A stretch of DNA of 64,000 nt from Candidatus Sulfotelmatobacter sp. (GTDB lineage: Bacteria; Verrucomicrobiota; Verrucomicrobiia; Limisphaerales; UBA11358): contig DATJTK010000174.1 of assembly GCA_035503455.1 (NCBI GenBank), positions 992 through 64,991 on the forward strand. The letters run 5' to 3'. The translations under genes and the position numbers were made by a program. Below the pieces are notes generated by a model. That model was not told where the DNA came from and did no database searches. It saw nothing but the letters and a program-made list of their open reading frames with translations. Positions 8,068 to 17,945 of this stretch are shown here, piece by piece (the first letter of the stretch is position 1; every line of letters starts with the position of its first letter).

Positions 8068-9189
8068 TCAGTTAGCACCTTCTGCCGCAGGGGCGGCGGC
8101 GGGCCGTTTGCGCCAGAGAAACCATAACCCAAGTCCCGCCGCCACTCCGCCAAGATGCGCCAACGATGCCACAGTGCCGTGACCGGACATTTGAATCATT
8201 GCTCCAAACAGTTGCATTACAAACCACAGACCGAAAAGCACCCACGCCGGAAGCCGAACCCAGCCGGAATGTCCCCGCAACCATAACCACCAGAAAAAGA
8301 TCGCAATGCGCGCCCTGGGAAATTGAAACGCATAAAATACCAGCACGCCGGAAATGCCGGCGCTGGCCCCGATGGTTGGCAAATTGGAACGGGGATCTCC
8401 CACTATATCCAATATGTTGCCGACAAAATCGGATCCAAAAATCAGGAGCAAAAATCGCCACCATCCGAGGATCCCCTCCACTTCGCCGCCGAATAACAGG
8501 AAGAAATAAAGATTGCCGAATAGGTGCGCGAAGCCTGCGTGCAGGAAAAACGACGTCAGAAACGTCAGGCCGCCGTACCGCAATGCGTGCGCCGGTACGA
8601 GCCCGAAATTCTCTATCGCTTCGCGCAGATCGGAAAACGCGCAGAAACTCACGATGACGATGAGAAGGGACAAGCCCCATGTCACCCACGGCCGGCTGGC
8701 GACTTCCGCGTTGTAATATTTGACCGGAAAGCCCAGGGAAGCCGGGATCCATTTCCAGGCCTCGTCCGGCGGGTCGGTCAGAACATCTTCCCCAAGCGCC
8801 GCCTGCTGTTGCATCTTGTGTTTCGCCTCGGCTTCTGCCGCGGTCAAAAGAACCGAGTCAGGCGAATCCAGGACGCCTTCGGGCAATACTTCAAATTTTC
8901 CCGCTTCGAACCAAACCACGACGCAGGGCCTGCACGAATTGAGCGTGACGGGCGGGTCCGAGACGTCAAACGATTTCATCGAGCATTGGCAGAAGGGGCA
9001 TTCCAGCCAGGAGACCTGGGTGGCCGTGTTGATTTTCCGGACGAGTCCCGAGGCAAACCGATCGCCGGTGAGCCGGCGAATTTGTGGCACAGTCACGGCG
9101 CGGCCATTGCATTGACCGCAATAGTAATAGAGGCCATCCCGTTGCCGGACGGTTTGCAACGCAATCTTGCACGTTGGACAGGTGGCCAT
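8068..9189 (-). CDS. Rhomboid family intramembrane serine protease with N-terminal zinc-ribbon domains
   Basis: 373 aa. Cys pairs CPTCK...CGQCNG and CPFCQC...CRPC sit at the N-terminus. The protein is polytopic, with catalytic GASAGISG and the downstream HLGG motif. Confidence 0.85.
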   Translation of the reverse strand: MATCPTCKIALQTVRQRDGLYYYCGQCNGRAVTVPQIRRLTGDRFASGLVRKINTATQVSWLECPFCQCSMKSFDVSDPPVTLNSCRPCVVVWFEAGKFEVLPEGVLDSPDSVLLTAAEAEAKHKMQQQAALGEDVLTDPPDEAWKWIPASLGFPVKYYNAEVASRPWVTWGLSLLIVIVSFCAFSDLREAIENFGLVPAHALRYGGLTFLTSFFLHAGFAHLFGNLYFFLLFGGEVEGILGWWRFLLLIFGSDFVGNILDIVGDPRSNLPTIGASAGISGVLVFYAFQFPRARIAIFFWWLWLRGHSGWVRLPAWVLFGLWFVMQLFGAMIQMSGHGTVASLAHLGGVAAGLGLWFLWRKRPAAAPAAEGAN

Positions 9190-9221
9190 CTGAATTTACG
9201 ATTTACGATTTACGAGATGAA

Positions 9222-9255
9222 TTTAGCCACAGATGGGCACAGATGAAACACAGAT
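9222..9255 (+). repeat. 34-bp repeat tttagccacagatgggcacagatgaaacacagat
   Basis: An exact inverted copy (34/34) lies at 35361-35394. It is preceded by three tandem atttacg heptamers (9200-9220). Confidence 0.8.
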
Positions 9256-9355
9256 TTTCAGGGATTTAAACAATAAGGAACGCAGGAAATCGGGAAAGGA
9301 ACTTTTTTAGGCGCCAAAACATCGAACATCGAACATCGAATTATTGTTCCAACGT

Positions 9356-9515
9356 GGCAGGGCGGACGTGCCCGTCCGCCGGGCACGCGCCCCGGCGCGC
9401 GCCAGTCACGGTTGGGGCTCTGTTGGCGATTGAAACATCGAACCTCGGACATGCCGAACGTTTTGAAACGCGAGCGCTACGCGCTCGCCTGGCGGACGGG
9501 CACGTCCGCCCTACC
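9356..9515. repeat. Nested-hairpin element: two 27-nt arms in inverted orientation, each itself a palindrome (GGCGGACG..CGTCCGCC)
   Basis: The left arm is ggcagggcggacgtgcccgtccgccgg (9356-9382). The right arm is ctggcggacgggcacgtccgccctacc (9489-9515), matching 25/27 as an inverted repeat. An internal palindrome gcgagcgc-tac-gcgctcgc lies at about 9470-9488. Confidence 0.65.
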
Positions 9516-9760
9516 TTGTCCTTCGTGGCCTGCCCGGCGTAGGCCTCGCGAAGACGGGTCTTCGCGGGACAACGTTTCGTGTGGTTCGTGTATTTCGTGG
9601 TTCCTTTTTTTCCTGCAAGGTTTCACAACCGTAATCGTATAGATTAGTGAAGATATGAAACACAAATTTCAACCTCTCCATTTGGCATTCGACGAAAAAG
9701 CTGTTATTATGAACATAGGCAAGAGAGGAAGCGTCAATTATAATAGACCGACGATGACGG

Positions 9761-10882
9761 ATGGACCATATCGCAATGAAAACAATCTTTAATCTCACTT
9801 TAATGTTCGTGTTCGGTCTCGCCGTATTTGTATCCATGCCCCGGGCGCAGGCACAGGACCAGGTCCCGCCGCCCATGCCCGCCGGGCAGACCTTTAGCGA
9901 TGCTCAACTGCAACAGTTGCTGGGGCCTATCGCGCTTTATCCCGATCCCTTGATCGCCAACATGCTTCCTGCCGCCACGCTTCCCACCGAAATCGTCATG
10001 GCTGACCGCTATGTCAGCGGCGGCGGCGATCCCAATCAAATTGATCAGCAGCCGTGGGACCCCAACGTTCAGGCGCTTGCCCATTATCCCGCCGTTTTGA
10101 AATGGATGGACGATAACCTCAACTGGACGACTCAACTGGGCGAAGCGTTCCAAAACCAGCAGGACGATGTCATGAACGCGATTCAGGAATTGCGCACTGA
10201 GGCCTATAATCTGGGCAACCTTCAATCCACACCCGAGCAGCAGGTCGTTGACGACAACGGTTACATTGAAATCATCCCGGCCAACCCGGATGACCTCTAT
10301 GTCCCGCAATATCAGCCAGACCAGGTCTATTACGATCAACCCATCGTCGGCGGCACCCCCTATATCACCTTTGGCGTGGGCTTCGTCATTGGGCCGTGGT
10401 TGTGCGGCGATTTTGATTGGCATAATCGGCATCTGATCTACTGGGACCGCGATCATCCGCGCCCGGCCGGCTGGTGGAATCAGACCCCGCAATTTCGCGC
10501 CAACTACTTCGCTGCCGGCCACGCCAACGTTTGGAATCCTGCCAATCGCGCGACCTACAACGCCCCGGCCTGGGGCGATCGCGGCTATGACAATCACCTG
10601 CCCTGGACCGCTCCGGCGGTAAATCGCCCTGCGCCCGCGCCTGTGGAACAACGTCCAAACGCGTTCATCGGCATCCAAAACAGCCAGGATACTCGAGACT
10701 ACAGCGATCGGGGCGAGCACAGCATGGAAACGATGCCTCAATTCCGCAACCTCGGCGCATTTCACGGCGGCGAACCGGCAGGCGGCCAATTTCATGGCGG
10801 CGGCGCTCCGGCGGGCGGCGGTTACCACGGCGGTGGAAGTCCTCCTGCGGGCGGTGGCGGCGGCGGCGGTGGAAGACGTTAA
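9761..10882 (+). CDS. DUF3300 domain-containing secreted protein
   Basis: Signal-like N-terminus, LLGPIALYPDPLIANMLPAATLPTEIVMADRY (DUF3300 signature) and a Gly-rich tail. It is paired with a DUF2950-like gene, as is common. Confidence 0.72.
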   Translation: MDHIAMKTIFNLTLMFVFGLAVFVSMPRAQAQDQVPPPMPAGQTFSDAQLQQLLGPIALYPDPLIANMLPAATLPTEIVMADRYVSGGGDPNQIDQQPWDPNVQALAHYPAVLKWMDDNLNWTTQLGEAFQNQQDDVMNAIQELRTEAYNLGNLQSTPEQQVVDDNGYIEIIPANPDDLYVPQYQPDQVYYDQPIVGGTPYITFGVGFVIGPWLCGDFDWHNRHLIYWDRDHPRPAGWWNQTPQFRANYFAAGHANVWNPANRATYNAPAWGDRGYDNHLPWTAPAVNRPAPAPVEQRPNAFIGIQNSQDTRDYSDRGEHSMETMPQFRNLGAFHGGEPAGGQFHGGGAPAGGGYHGGGSPPAGGGGGGGGRR

Positions 10883-10902
10883 GTGAACCTCGATTTAATC
10901 CT

Positions 10903-11868
10903 ATGACATCCAAAGTGTCCCGGCTCATGAAATTTAAACACGTCTGTGCTGTGGCCCTGGCCATTCAGGCGCTGTGGCCATTGCAATCGGTTCGCGCAAT
11001 GAACCCAAACCAGGAGAGCTTCAATTCGCCTGAGGAGGCCGTCAATGTCATGGTGACAGCCGCCCGAAACCGCGAGACCGAGGAACTCCACGCCGTTTTC
11101 GGCCCGGAGGGCAGAACATTAGTTTCGCCGGATGCCGTCCAGGCCGCCGCATCGTACGACATGTTTATAAAACGGCTGCAGCAGAAAATTGTGTTGGTGA
11201 CCAATTCCGACGACAATATCTCGCTTCTTTTGGGCAATGACAATTGGCCCTTTCCAATTCCGCTCATTAAACGCGACGGACAATGGCTTTTCGACACTGA
11301 CGCCGGCCGGCAGGAAATCATTGCCCGCCGTGTCGGCATGAACGAGTTGGGCGCGATTGCCGTGTGCCATGCCTACGTGCAGGCGCAGCGCGAATACGCC
11401 AGCCAGGACCGCATGACCAATGGCATTCTGGCGTACGCCCAATTCCTTCACAGCGATCCCGGCACGCACGACGGCCTTTACTGGCCCGTCAAAGCGGGCG
11501 AACCGTTAAGCCCGCTGGGACCCCTCGTTGCGGCCGCGCACGGAGAAGGCTATCATCACACCGCGAAAATGTTGAATCAGCAGACCGCGCCGTATCACGG
11601 CTACTATTTCAAAATCCTCACCCGCCAGGGCCGGCACGCTCTTGGGGGAAAATATAATTACATTATCAACGGACACATGATCGCGGGTTTCGCGCTGATT
11701 GCGTGGCCTGCCGAATGGGGCAACACCGGTGTCATGACCTTTATCGTCAATCAACAGGGCAAAATCTATGAAGCTGACCTCGGTCCAAAAACCATCCACC
11801 TCGCTCCCCGTATAGCGGAATTTGATCCCGACCCCCGCTGGTGGAGCCCGGTGGGAGCAGTGCCATGA
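10903..11868 (+). CDS. DUF2950 family secreted protein
   Basis: Signal peptide plus DGLYWPVKAGEPLSPLGPLVA...GYYFKILTRQG...GFALIAWPAEWGNTGVMTFIVN motifs. It lies immediately downstream of the DUF3300 gene. Confidence 0.7.
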   Translation: MTSKVSRLMKFKHVCAVALAIQALWPLQSVRAMNPNQESFNSPEEAVNVMVTAARNRETEELHAVFGPEGRTLVSPDAVQAAASYDMFIKRLQQKIVLVTNSDDNISLLLGNDNWPFPIPLIKRDGQWLFDTDAGRQEIIARRVGMNELGAIAVCHAYVQAQREYASQDRMTNGILAYAQFLHSDPGTHDGLYWPVKAGEPLSPLGPLVAAAHGEGYHHTAKMLNQQTAPYHGYYFKILTRQGRHALGGKYNYIINGHMIAGFALIAWPAEWGNTGVMTFIVNQQGKIYEADLGPKTIHLAPRIAEFDPDPRWWSPVGAVP

Positions 11869-11997
11869 GTGCCAAGGGTGCTGAGGGATGAAGGATGAGT
11901 TATGAAGAATGAGTGGGAGATGGGAGATGGAAGATGGAAGATGGGAGGATGGGTCCCGTTTCGAGGACGAGGACGAGAGTGCCATGAGTGCCAATCG

Positions 11998-12037
11998 TTC
12001 GATGTTCGATGTTGGGCGTTCGATGTTCGATGTTTCC
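11998..12037 (+). repeat. catcgaa/ttcgatg heptamer repeat arm (ttcgatgttcgatgttgggcgttcgatgttcgatgtttcc)
   Basis: Same module as the right arm of the palindrome at 40128-40160. The opposite orientation occurs at 9317-9340. Confidence 0.7.
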
Positions 12038-12260
12038 GGGTGAGTTCGACGCCGTGGGATTCCCAAAGTTCTCACGCTCTCACGCTCCGAGGCCAGGCGC
12101 CGACGCTGACTGACTCGCACGCGCCGGGGGGCGCGCGCCGTCACGGCGGGCACGCCGTGACCCACCAGCACTGGCATCAATCCATCAATCAACAAATCCA
12201 ACCATCGACCGCCGATCTTCCATCCTCCATCCTCCATCCTCGTCCCCCGCTACCTCGTCC

Positions 12261-13037
12261 CTACCCTCGCGCCGGGTCCTGGCGGTAGTACCAGCTCATT
12301 TGCTCATAGAGCGCCGGATGCTGCTCGCGCAGTTCGCGCGGTTTGCCAAAAAAGCTTTCGGTGGCCACGGCGAAAAATTCGGCCGGATTGACAGCGCCGT
12401 AATTGCGCAGGACGTCCGGTTCACCGCGTTGCGCGCGGGCGCGGAGCCGTCCAAATTCCTCCTGCATCACGCGCGACCATTCAGCGTACCGGCGCCGTCG
12501 GGCCGATAACGATTCGCCCTGCCCCAGCAGCGGAGCGCCGTCAGCGGCGCCGTCTTCGTAATCCAATTGGTGAGCAAATTCGTGAAGGACCACGTTGTGC
12601 CCGCTGTCAGGTTCAGCCAGTCCGCCGGCGACGGCGTCCCAGGCCAGCACGACGGCGCCGTGATGCCAGGATTCGCCGATCCTTGTATCCTGCCATTCGT
12701 GCATGACCCCGTCGCCGATGTGGCGCGTGGTGGGAACAACGTATGTGCTCGGATACACCAGGATCGCGCGCAAATCCGGATAATAATCCGTTTCACGATG
12801 CAGCAGAAGCCGGCAGGCCTCGGCGGCGATACAAACCTTGTGCTCCTCTTCAATGACGAACCCGCCGCAGCCTTCAAATTCCTTTTCAGCCAGAAAAACC
12901 TGGATGTGCCCCTGCAATTCACGGCGGTCGTCATCAGACAAACGACGATAAAACGGACAGCGATCATGAATGATCCGAAGCCATTCTTCAGGAAACGGCG
13001 CGGACCGGAGCTTTTTTCTTCGCATTGACTGGAACAT
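12261..13037 (-). CDS. mtfA: Zinc-dependent peptidase, M90 (MtfA-like)
   Basis: HEFAHQLD zinc motif, and the N-terminus PFPEEWLRIIHDRCPFYRRLSDDDRRELQGHIQVFLAEKEFEGCGG is typical of MtfA. The track start at 13085 is probably too far upstream; ATG options are 13037 and 13025. Confidence 0.75.
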   Translation of the reverse strand: MFQSMRRKKLRSAPFPEEWLRIIHDRCPFYRRLSDDDRRELQGHIQVFLAEKEFEGCGGFVIEEEHKVCIAAEACRLLLHRETDYYPDLRAILVYPSTYVVPTTRHIGDGVMHEWQDTRIGESWHHGAVVLAWDAVAGGLAEPDSGHNVVLHEFAHQLDYEDGAADGAPLLGQGESLSARRRRYAEWSRVMQEEFGRLRARAQRGEPDVLRNYGAVNPAEFFAVATESFFGKPRELREQHPALYEQMSWYYRQDPARG

Positions 13038-13463
13038 ACAGTTTTTTATCCGCAGACCCGCCTTCGCGGCGCTTCGGCGCGGCAAGTTTCGCTAATTTTC
13101 GCGGATTTAAAAAATGAGGAAATCAGGAAATCAGGAATTCAGGTTTAACTTGGGTCGTTTTCGCGCTTTTCATGAACCGCCTTTGGAGCGCGGCTGTGTC
13201 GGAGAGCAGCCGCAGCGCGTCACGACGTTCGTGGCTGCTGCGGCTGGCGCCCCTTTACCCACACACAGCCGCGCTCCGTGCGCCAATCGGTTCATGGTCC
13301 CAATGCATGCGAAAGAACTGCAATATTTTCGTTTTGAACGATTCTCCCTCACCCCTGCCCTCTCCCGCTGGGAGAGCGGGAATAGTTCGCCGACGATTGG
13401 TGTGGCGATCAATGATACTGGTTCGTGGCAAGGCGGCGCGGCAGCGCCGCCCTACCAGGATAA

Positions 13464-14741
13464 TCAGGCGCTTACTCGGAAATATCGTTCCGGTAAAAGC
13501 TGCCAAACGAGAAAGACGGCGATGGGATGCAGCAGGCCGGCGCAGATGAAAATGGGGTGGTAGGAAAAGCGGGAAACGATATCGCCGGTGTACCAATTCG
13601 CGAGGGCACCGGCAATCGCGCCGCCCATGCCGGAAACACCCGCCGCCATGGCAACGGCGCCCGGCGGAAACAAATCCGCCGGCAGCGCCATGAGATTCGA
13701 TATCCAAACCGCATGACCAAACACGACCAGGCACATGGCGGCAATCGCCAGTTGCGACGTGGGAAGATATGGCGCGAGAATGGCCGCCGGCAAAAATGCA
13801 GCGCCGATCGTCATCGCCGTCTTGCGAGACCGGCCGATGTCCCATCCCATCCGTATCATCCAACCAGACAGCAATCCGCCAATAATATAACCGGGCATCC
13901 CTCCGTACACGTAGGGCATCCACGTGTTGTTGCCAACCATCGCCAAATCGAAACCGCGCTCTTTTTCCAGATACGCGGGCAGCCAGAAAATGACGAAGTA
14001 AATGACTGGGTCGGTTAGAAAACGCGGCAGAATCACCATTAATCCCGGCCGGCTGAAGACGACATCAAGCCAATTTGTTTTTTGGGCCGGGATTTCGGGC
14101 GTAACCACAGCCGCTGGCGCTTCCCGAAATTCGGCCGCTTCCGCGTCGCTCAACCAGCGATTGCGGCGCGGAGATTCATAGATGGCCAGCCAGGCCAACA
14201 ACCAAATAATGCCGAGCGCGCCGGTAACAATGAATGCCGCGCGCCAGCCGAAATGGAGCGCAATGCGGGCCGCAAGCGGCGCAGCCACCGCCGCGCCCAG
14301 CGACGAGCCAACATTGAATATGCCCACACCGAGCGCCCGTTGCCGCGCCGGAAACCATTCGCCGATTGCCTTGACGGCGGCAGGAAAACTGCCAGGTTCA
14401 GCCAGACCCAGGCCAAATCGGCAGGCCGCGAAGGACCATTTGCCGCCGGCCACGCCGTGGAGCATTTGTGAGATGGACCACAGACAGACAAAGACCGCCA
14501 TGCCGAATTTTGTGCCAATTTTATCAATCACATAGCCCGAACCGGCGTACATGATGGCGTACGCAACCAAAAAAAGGCTGACGATTTGCGAATAATCCGA
14601 GTCGGTCAGATTGAGGCTTTGTTTGATTTCTCCCACCAGCACCGGCATCGCCGTGCGGTCTATGTAATTGATCAACGTGACGCCGAGCAACAGCGCGGCA
14701 ATGACCCATCGCAGTTTTGGAATGGTGAGGCGCGGGTTCAT
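13464..14741 (-). CDS. MFS transporter (hexuronate/anionic sugar ACS-type)
   Basis: 12-TM pattern with LINYIDR, GLGLAEPGSFPA and RQRALGVGIFNVGSSLG motifs. The likely start is MNPRLTIPKLRW at 14741. Confidence 0.85.
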   Translation of the reverse strand: MNPRLTIPKLRWVIAALLLGVTLINYIDRTAMPVLVGEIKQSLNLTDSDYSQIVSLFLVAYAIMYAGSGYVIDKIGTKFGMAVFVCLWSISQMLHGVAGGKWSFAACRFGLGLAEPGSFPAAVKAIGEWFPARQRALGVGIFNVGSSLGAAVAAPLAARIALHFGWRAAFIVTGALGIIWLLAWLAIYESPRRNRWLSDAEAAEFREAPAAVVTPEIPAQKTNWLDVVFSRPGLMVILPRFLTDPVIYFVIFWLPAYLEKERGFDLAMVGNNTWMPYVYGGMPGYIIGGLLSGWMIRMGWDIGRSRKTAMTIGAAFLPAAILAPYLPTSQLAIAAMCLVVFGHAVWISNLMALPADLFPPGAVAMAAGVSGMGGAIAGALANWYTGDIVSRFSYHPIFICAGLLHPIAVFLVWQLLPERYFRVSA

Positions 14742-14836
14742 GTTTCTTCTTACACAGTATTCGAATTTTGGTAGTTTGGTGTCCACGCTTTAGCGTGCTC
14801 CGGAGCAGCCTAAAGGCTGGACACCGAACACAGTCG

Positions 14837-15991
14837 TCAGCGCAATAATTCAAGCGATAAAATCAGAGCGCGCGGCAAATGGAAAGGGTCTTTCACAGGG
14901 AGCGCAACGACGGCGGACATCGGTTTTCCGGCGCGGTCCAAACGCTGGCGCCATTCGCCAACGTCCGGCATCAAAAAATGCCTGAAACTCCATTCGTATA
15001 TTTGGTCGAACCATCCTTCGCACCATGGCTCCTTTGTCAATTCCCGCGCCAGAAGGAGTCCGTACAGAGCCTCGGTGTGCGGCCACCACAGCTTGGTCTC
15101 GGAATTGGGCAGGAATGGCGGATGGCCTTCAACGTCAATGCCCAGGAAAATCCCGCCGTATTCCGAGTCCCATCCGTTTTCCAAATGCCACCGCAACACT
15201 TCCGCCGCTCCCCGGATGGTATTGCGGCCGGCCCGCGCCATCGCGCGCCGCATGACGAACCACATGGACTCGATGGCGTGCCCGGGCATGACGAATGTTC
15301 CTTCCGGCGCCGGGACTTCCTGGTAATTTCGGTCCAAAAATTCCACGAGACACTTTCGCGCCGGACGAACAAAATGATGCATCACGCGGAGGGCGTAATC
15401 GTCCGCCGCCTGGGAAATGGCCGCGTCATTTGTGGTGCGCGCCAGTTCGCCGGCGACTTCGGTGAGAATCATCGGCACACCGTGATTTCGCCGGTTGGGC
15501 GGCAATTTGTAAGGCGCGGTTTCGGCAAACTCCGGCGCTTCGACCCGTTCCTGAATGCTCGAAAACGTTTTGCGGGCCAGTGCCAGCAAATCAGCATCGG
15601 GGACGGCGCGGCAATATTCGCTGAGCCCGTAAACTGCGAAACAATCGGAATAAATGCTGATGGCGCCTTCGACCACGTTTCCTTCCCGGGTCGTGTGGTA
15701 AACCCAGCGGCCGCGTTCGTCGCGCCCGTGCCGGAGCAGAAAATCGATCGCCTCCCGCGCCCATTTCAGGAATTCCGGCCGCTTTTCGATTCGATTGTAA
15801 AGGGCCGAACACGTCCAAACCCATCGCGCCTGCGACCAAATATATTTGTCTCCGCTAACAGGTTTGCCGTCTTCCTCCATGCACGAGAGCACGCCTCCCA
15901 ATTTTTCGTCCACGCCATGCCGGGCCCAAAACGGCACGATGCCGTCCAGCAATAATTCCATGTACGTCCGCCGCAGTTGATTCTTGTTCAT
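14837..15991 (-). CDS. AGE family epimerase/isomerase (N-acylglucosamine 2-epimerase-like)
   Basis: 384 aa. ...FWARHGVDEKLGGVLSCMEEDG...DKYIWSQARWVW...PGHAIESMWF... fits the (alpha/alpha)6 AGE pattern. Confidence 0.85.
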   Translation of the reverse strand: MNKNQLRRTYMELLLDGIVPFWARHGVDEKLGGVLSCMEEDGKPVSGDKYIWSQARWVWTCSALYNRIEKRPEFLKWAREAIDFLLRHGRDERGRWVYHTTREGNVVEGAISIYSDCFAVYGLSEYCRAVPDADLLALARKTFSSIQERVEAPEFAETAPYKLPPNRRNHGVPMILTEVAGELARTTNDAAISQAADDYALRVMHHFVRPARKCLVEFLDRNYQEVPAPEGTFVMPGHAIESMWFVMRRAMARAGRNTIRGAAEVLRWHLENGWDSEYGGIFLGIDVEGHPPFLPNSETKLWWPHTEALYGLLLARELTKEPWCEGWFDQIYEWSFRHFLMPDVGEWRQRLDRAGKPMSAVVALPVKDPFHLPRALILSLELLR

Positions 15992-16056
15992 TTTACGCCT
16001 GTCCGCGCCTGATTCTTATCTCATTTTTGCAACCCTGGGGAAAGCAGAACAAAGAA

Positions 16057-17685
16057 TTATGACTTTCTGCCCTGCGGCTTCTGGACAAAATCCATTCCAA
16101 CCAGGCAGACATCATCTTCGAAATCATGGCTGCAGGAAAAGTTGCGAACGATGGCCAGCAACTCGTCAAAGAGCTGGTTCGTAGGTTTGGCGATGAGGGG
16201 CTTCAAGTCCATCATCAGCCGCTGCTGGGAATAAAGCTCCTCGTTGGCGCCCAGGACTTCGTAAAGGCCGTCGGTAAAAAGCATGATCAGGTCGCCGGGA
16301 ACAATTTGAACTTCCGAAGTTTGATATGGCGGATCACCAAACAGACCCAGCGCGGGCTGGCTGTGACCGGTAGAATTGGCCAGGGCCGTGATCGAATTTG
16401 CCGGACGGCGCACGAGCAAGGGCCGTGGATGACCCGCGTTGGCAAAACGCATCACGCCGGCGCCCCAATTTGCGACGAAATAAAACGCCGTCGTGAGCAT
16501 CGGCGATCCCGTAGTTTTGAGGATGTTGAACAGGTCTGCATTGAGTTTTCGGAGGAAAAATCCGGGATCATGAGCGCAGGGTTTCAATTCTTCCACCAGC
16601 GCCCGTATCATGGCGGTAACCAATGCCGCGCGAATGCCATGGCCCGTGACGTCGCAAATAAACACGCTCACCTCTTCGTCCGAAAGCGCCGATACCGCGA
16701 AAAAATCGCCGCTCACGGCCTCGGCCGAGTGATAACGATGGGCAAATTGAAACGCGCTTTGGTCGGACAGCGCGTCTTTGGGAAAGTTCGGATATTGCTG
16801 GGGGAGCATGGTGAGCTGGATTTCGCGCGCCATGCGCAGGTTTTCCTCCATCACCTGATTTTTTCCCCTCAATTCCTCCCGGCTGCGCGAGAGTTCGGCG
16901 GTCGTCCGCCGGATTTGTTCCTCAGCATACTTGCGTTCAGTGATGTCCTCTACCGTGCCCTCGTAATAGAGGACTTTCCCTTCGGAATCGCGGACCGCCC
17001 GGCAATTTTCCGAAATCCAAATGACCGTCTGGTCCTTCCGAAAAATTTTCGATTCAAAGCCGGTAATCACGTCGTTGCCCTGCATCAGTTCGACAAATTC
17101 CGCGCGGCGACGGGGTTCGACATAAAGGCTGTGCGCGATATCGGTGATGTTGGCAATCAGGTCCGCCGGCGAATCGTAACCGTAGATGCGCGCCAGCGCG
17201 ACATTGGCCATCATGTAGTGCCCGTCCGGTGTCGTGCGAAAAATTCCTTCAATCAAGTGGTCGAAGATTCCGTAGTAATTCTCCTTCTCCGCCACGAGCG
17301 AGACGCGTTCAATTTGCCTTTCTATCGCGCAACGGATGGTGCGCTGCATCAGGTGCGCCTGGAATTCCTCCCTGGCCAGGTAGCCCTGCGCCCCGGCATT
17401 GATGGTTTCCACCGCAAAGGACTCGTCATTCACGGAACCCACCACGATCACCGGCAAGTGCGGGGCCTGAATTGTCAGCGCGGTCACCTGGAACAGGCTT
17501 GCCGTGTTCGGAGTGACTGGTTCGAACAGAATCGCACTGAAGCTGTTGTTCTTGAGAACGGAGGCAGCCCGGTCAAATTCGGCGCGTTCGAGCGTTCCGC
17601 CGGATCCCTGCAAGGCCTCGGCGGCGTTGCGCGCGAATTCCTCATCTTTGCCAATGAACAATATTTTCAATGCCTGCGGGTCCAT
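16057..17685 (-). CDS. Response regulator REC - PAS - PP2C/SpoIIE phosphatase
   Basis: 542 aa with an N-terminal receiver (KILFIGKDE...AILFEP), a PAS segment (IFRTTPDGHYMMANVALARIYGY...EGTVEDITERKYAEE) and a C-terminal SpoIIE-type domain (SGDFFAV...ICDVTGHG...FTDGL). Confidence 0.85.
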   Translation of the reverse strand: MDPQALKILFIGKDEEFARNAAEALQGSGGTLERAEFDRAASVLKNNSFSAILFEPVTPNTASLFQVTALTIQAPHLPVIVVGSVNDESFAVETINAGAQGYLAREEFQAHLMQRTIRCAIERQIERVSLVAEKENYYGIFDHLIEGIFRTTPDGHYMMANVALARIYGYDSPADLIANITDIAHSLYVEPRRRAEFVELMQGNDVITGFESKIFRKDQTVIWISENCRAVRDSEGKVLYYEGTVEDITERKYAEEQIRRTTAELSRSREELRGKNQVMEENLRMAREIQLTMLPQQYPNFPKDALSDQSAFQFAHRYHSAEAVSGDFFAVSALSDEEVSVFICDVTGHGIRAALVTAMIRALVEELKPCAHDPGFFLRKLNADLFNILKTTGSPMLTTAFYFVANWGAGVMRFANAGHPRPLLVRRPANSITALANSTGHSQPALGLFGDPPYQTSEVQIVPGDLIMLFTDGLYEVLGANEELYSQQRLMMDLKPLIAKPTNQLFDELLAIVRNFSCSHDFEDDVCLVGMDFVQKPQGRKS

Positions 17686-17945
17686 AATTTGACCTGGAAG
17701 TCAGCGACCACAACGGGTCGCTTTGACAAAGATACAGTTTTCGCCCCCCGCCGCAAGGGAATGAGTACAAGGATAGTGCCATGAGTGCGCATGAGCGCCG
17801 TGAGTGCCACGAGTGCCATCCGGGGCCCGGTTGCAAGCCGCGGGCTGCATGAATCTAATTTTCAAATGAATGCATCACGGAACATTTAGATATCTAATTC
17901 ATTGCACCAAGCCGCTTAAAAACATTTACTATTAAATATTATTTA

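Noticed and set aside
8072-9246. Alternative-frame ORFs (226 aa minus, 240 aa plus) within the rhomboid gene
   Set aside because: The rhomboid frame has catalytic GxSG and His motifs and TM periodicity. The alternatives are Arg-rich, with no features.
9800-10828. 342-aa minus-strand ORF
   Set aside because: It is antisense to the DUF3300 gene and is an Arg/Ala/Gly-rich artefact.
11506-12237. 243-aa minus-strand ORF extending from the DUF2950 3' end through intergenic DNA
   Set aside because: Most of it translates simple repeats (SNIERPTSNIER, SSISHLP). It overlaps a supported gene in antisense.
16126-17784. 552-aa plus-strand ORF
   Set aside because: It is exactly antisense to the REC-PAS-PP2C gene, which has clear domain motifs. 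It is Arg/Gly-rich, low-complexity and has no recognisable domain.
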